From NCBI GenBank assembly GCA_963740355.1, contig CAVUDW010000002.1:640001-704000 (forward strand): a stretch of 64,000 bases of DNA, in the 5' to 3' direction. A program made the position numbers and the translations under genes. Every line of letters begins with the position of its first letter. Position 1 is the first letter of the stretch. Origin of the DNA: an uncultured Gemmatimonadaceae bacterium. GTDB taxonomy: Bacteria > Gemmatimonadota > Gemmatimonadetes > Gemmatimonadales > Gemmatimonadaceae. This document shows positions 63,018 through 64,000 of the stretch, piece by piece. Under the pieces are notes generated by a model that was given only the letters and a program-made list of their open reading frames with translations, was not told where the DNA came from and searched no databases.

Positions 63018-63794
63018 CTATCGGCTGCGTGTCCAGACCAGCAAGGAGCAGTCCTCGCGATTTGGATCACTGTACTGCGACTGCTGCTGCGCCATCCTGT
63101 ACAACTCGATCGCTGCAATATCCGTGGCCGTGAGCTGCATCATGGCAAGGTTCGATGACAAGCCAGGCCCCGTGACATGCATGCCATCAATCCAGACGCC
63201 GATCCGTGGGCAACGATTGACGCGCAGGCCACGCCCTGTCATCTGTGCGCCTGGAATGCCGGCGAACCAGTCCTCCAGAATCATCGGCTGGCGACCGGTG
63301 AAGAACGATCGATCGCGGAAAGAACCGCTGGAACGCCGCCGCCGTTCCTCATAGGCCTGACGCCACGGTTCGCCCGGATACTCCGCCGTGACCGTGACCT
63401 CCGGGAGTCGCATCCCGAGTTCGCCCAACGTCACCCGTACGACGAACGCCGGCGCGTCCCCGATGGGAAAGCGAGCGGCCCTTGGCTCGAACCCGATCTT
63501 GCGAATGCTGATGGTCATCGTGCTGTCAGCGTCGATGGTCGCCTTCGCGATCCCAGCGGAATCGGTGACGGCGCTATCCGCGCGCGGCAGAAACTCGATG
63601 CGCGCCCCGGGCAGCATGCGGCCCGTCCGGTCACGCACCTCCACGCGCACTTCGCGCGGTGTGGGCTGCTGTGCGCTCGCAACCGACGGATGGACGCAAC
63701 AGAGCGCGGCACCGGCAACCAGCCGCGCGATGCCCCGACGCACCGTCCCGGAAGCGCTGTGGTCGTGGAGCGAAAAAGCCATGAGGCGAAACAT
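63018..63794 (-). CDS. Paralog of the preceding plug-only protein
   Basis: Same architecture; shares PGEPWR..EERR, RC..GVWIDG, DIAAIELY and EDCSLLVWTR. Confidence 0.7.
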   Translation of the reverse strand: MFRLMAFSLHDHSASGTVRRGIARLVAGAALCCVHPSVASAQQPTPREVRVEVRDRTGRMLPGARIEFLPRADSAVTDSAGIAKATIDADSTMTISIRKIGFEPRAARFPIGDAPAFVVRVTLGELGMRLPEVTVTAEYPGEPWRQAYEERRRRSSGSFRDRSFFTGRQPMILEDWFAGIPGAQMTGRGLRVNRCPRIGVWIDGMHVTGPGLSSNLAMMQLTATDIAAIELYRMAQQQSQYSDPNREDCSLLVWTRSR

Positions 63795-63833
63795 GCGAGC
63801 CGTACCGAGCGCAGGCCAACTTGGCCACCGGAC

Positions 63834-64000
63834 TCAGGGTCGGGTCATTCCCGGGATAAACGCACTCGAGGTTGCCGCCAGATCCAACGCCGCCCACTCA
63901 CCACGTTCCGCACGGAAGAGGCCGGCCCGGGCAATCATGGCGGCGTTGTCGGTGGCAATGCGCGGTGACGGTGCAAACACAGCCACGCCAGCCCCGACCC
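63834..64000 (-). CDS. tsaD: tRNA t6A synthase, C-terminal end (partial)
   Basis: Hand translation ...VFAPSPRIATDNAAMIARAG...PGMTRP*; TDNAAMIA is the TsaD C-terminal motif. Confidence 0.85.
   Translation of the reverse strand, partial: VGAGVAVFAPSPRIATDNAAMIARAGLFRAERGEWAALDLAATSSAFIPGMTRP

Overview
High-GC bacterial chromosomal window. Gene content suggests Gemmatimonadota (inference only). Bases 1-21 kb are a surface-polysaccharide locus: a wzc-like gene, a sigma-54 response regulator and kinase, a low-GC methyltransferase/acyltransferase/amidotransferase cassette, then citrate synthase, wzm-wzt, rmlACDB, a methyltransferase, two WbsX-like genes, a GT2 and a GT-C. The rest is mostly core genes: mutY, VWA and chelatase-like AAA+ genes, wbpB/wbpD-like genes, a histidine kinase lacking its phospho-His, a molybdopterin oxidoreductase, ygfZ, glcDEF, an alternative sigma-70 factor, aroB, a cobalamin adenosyltransferase, a ferredoxin-NADP reductase, partial Dpp ABC genes, tamA/tamB-like genes, NlpC/P60, acpS, feoAB, two plug-only proteins and the end of tsaD. 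Non-coding signals read from the DNA are three sigma-54 promoters plus a candidate enhancer, a CIRCE element over the sigma-factor promoter, a Fur-type box before feoA, a nested inverted-repeat structure before the pseudokinase, a 309-bp MITE/REP-like element, and a GATC-rich array of 25-bp palindromic repeats. Five genes are frameshifted, probably by assembly errors. I recognised no tRNA, rRNA, cas gene or transposase. All family assignments come from motif recognition by eye, not database searches.
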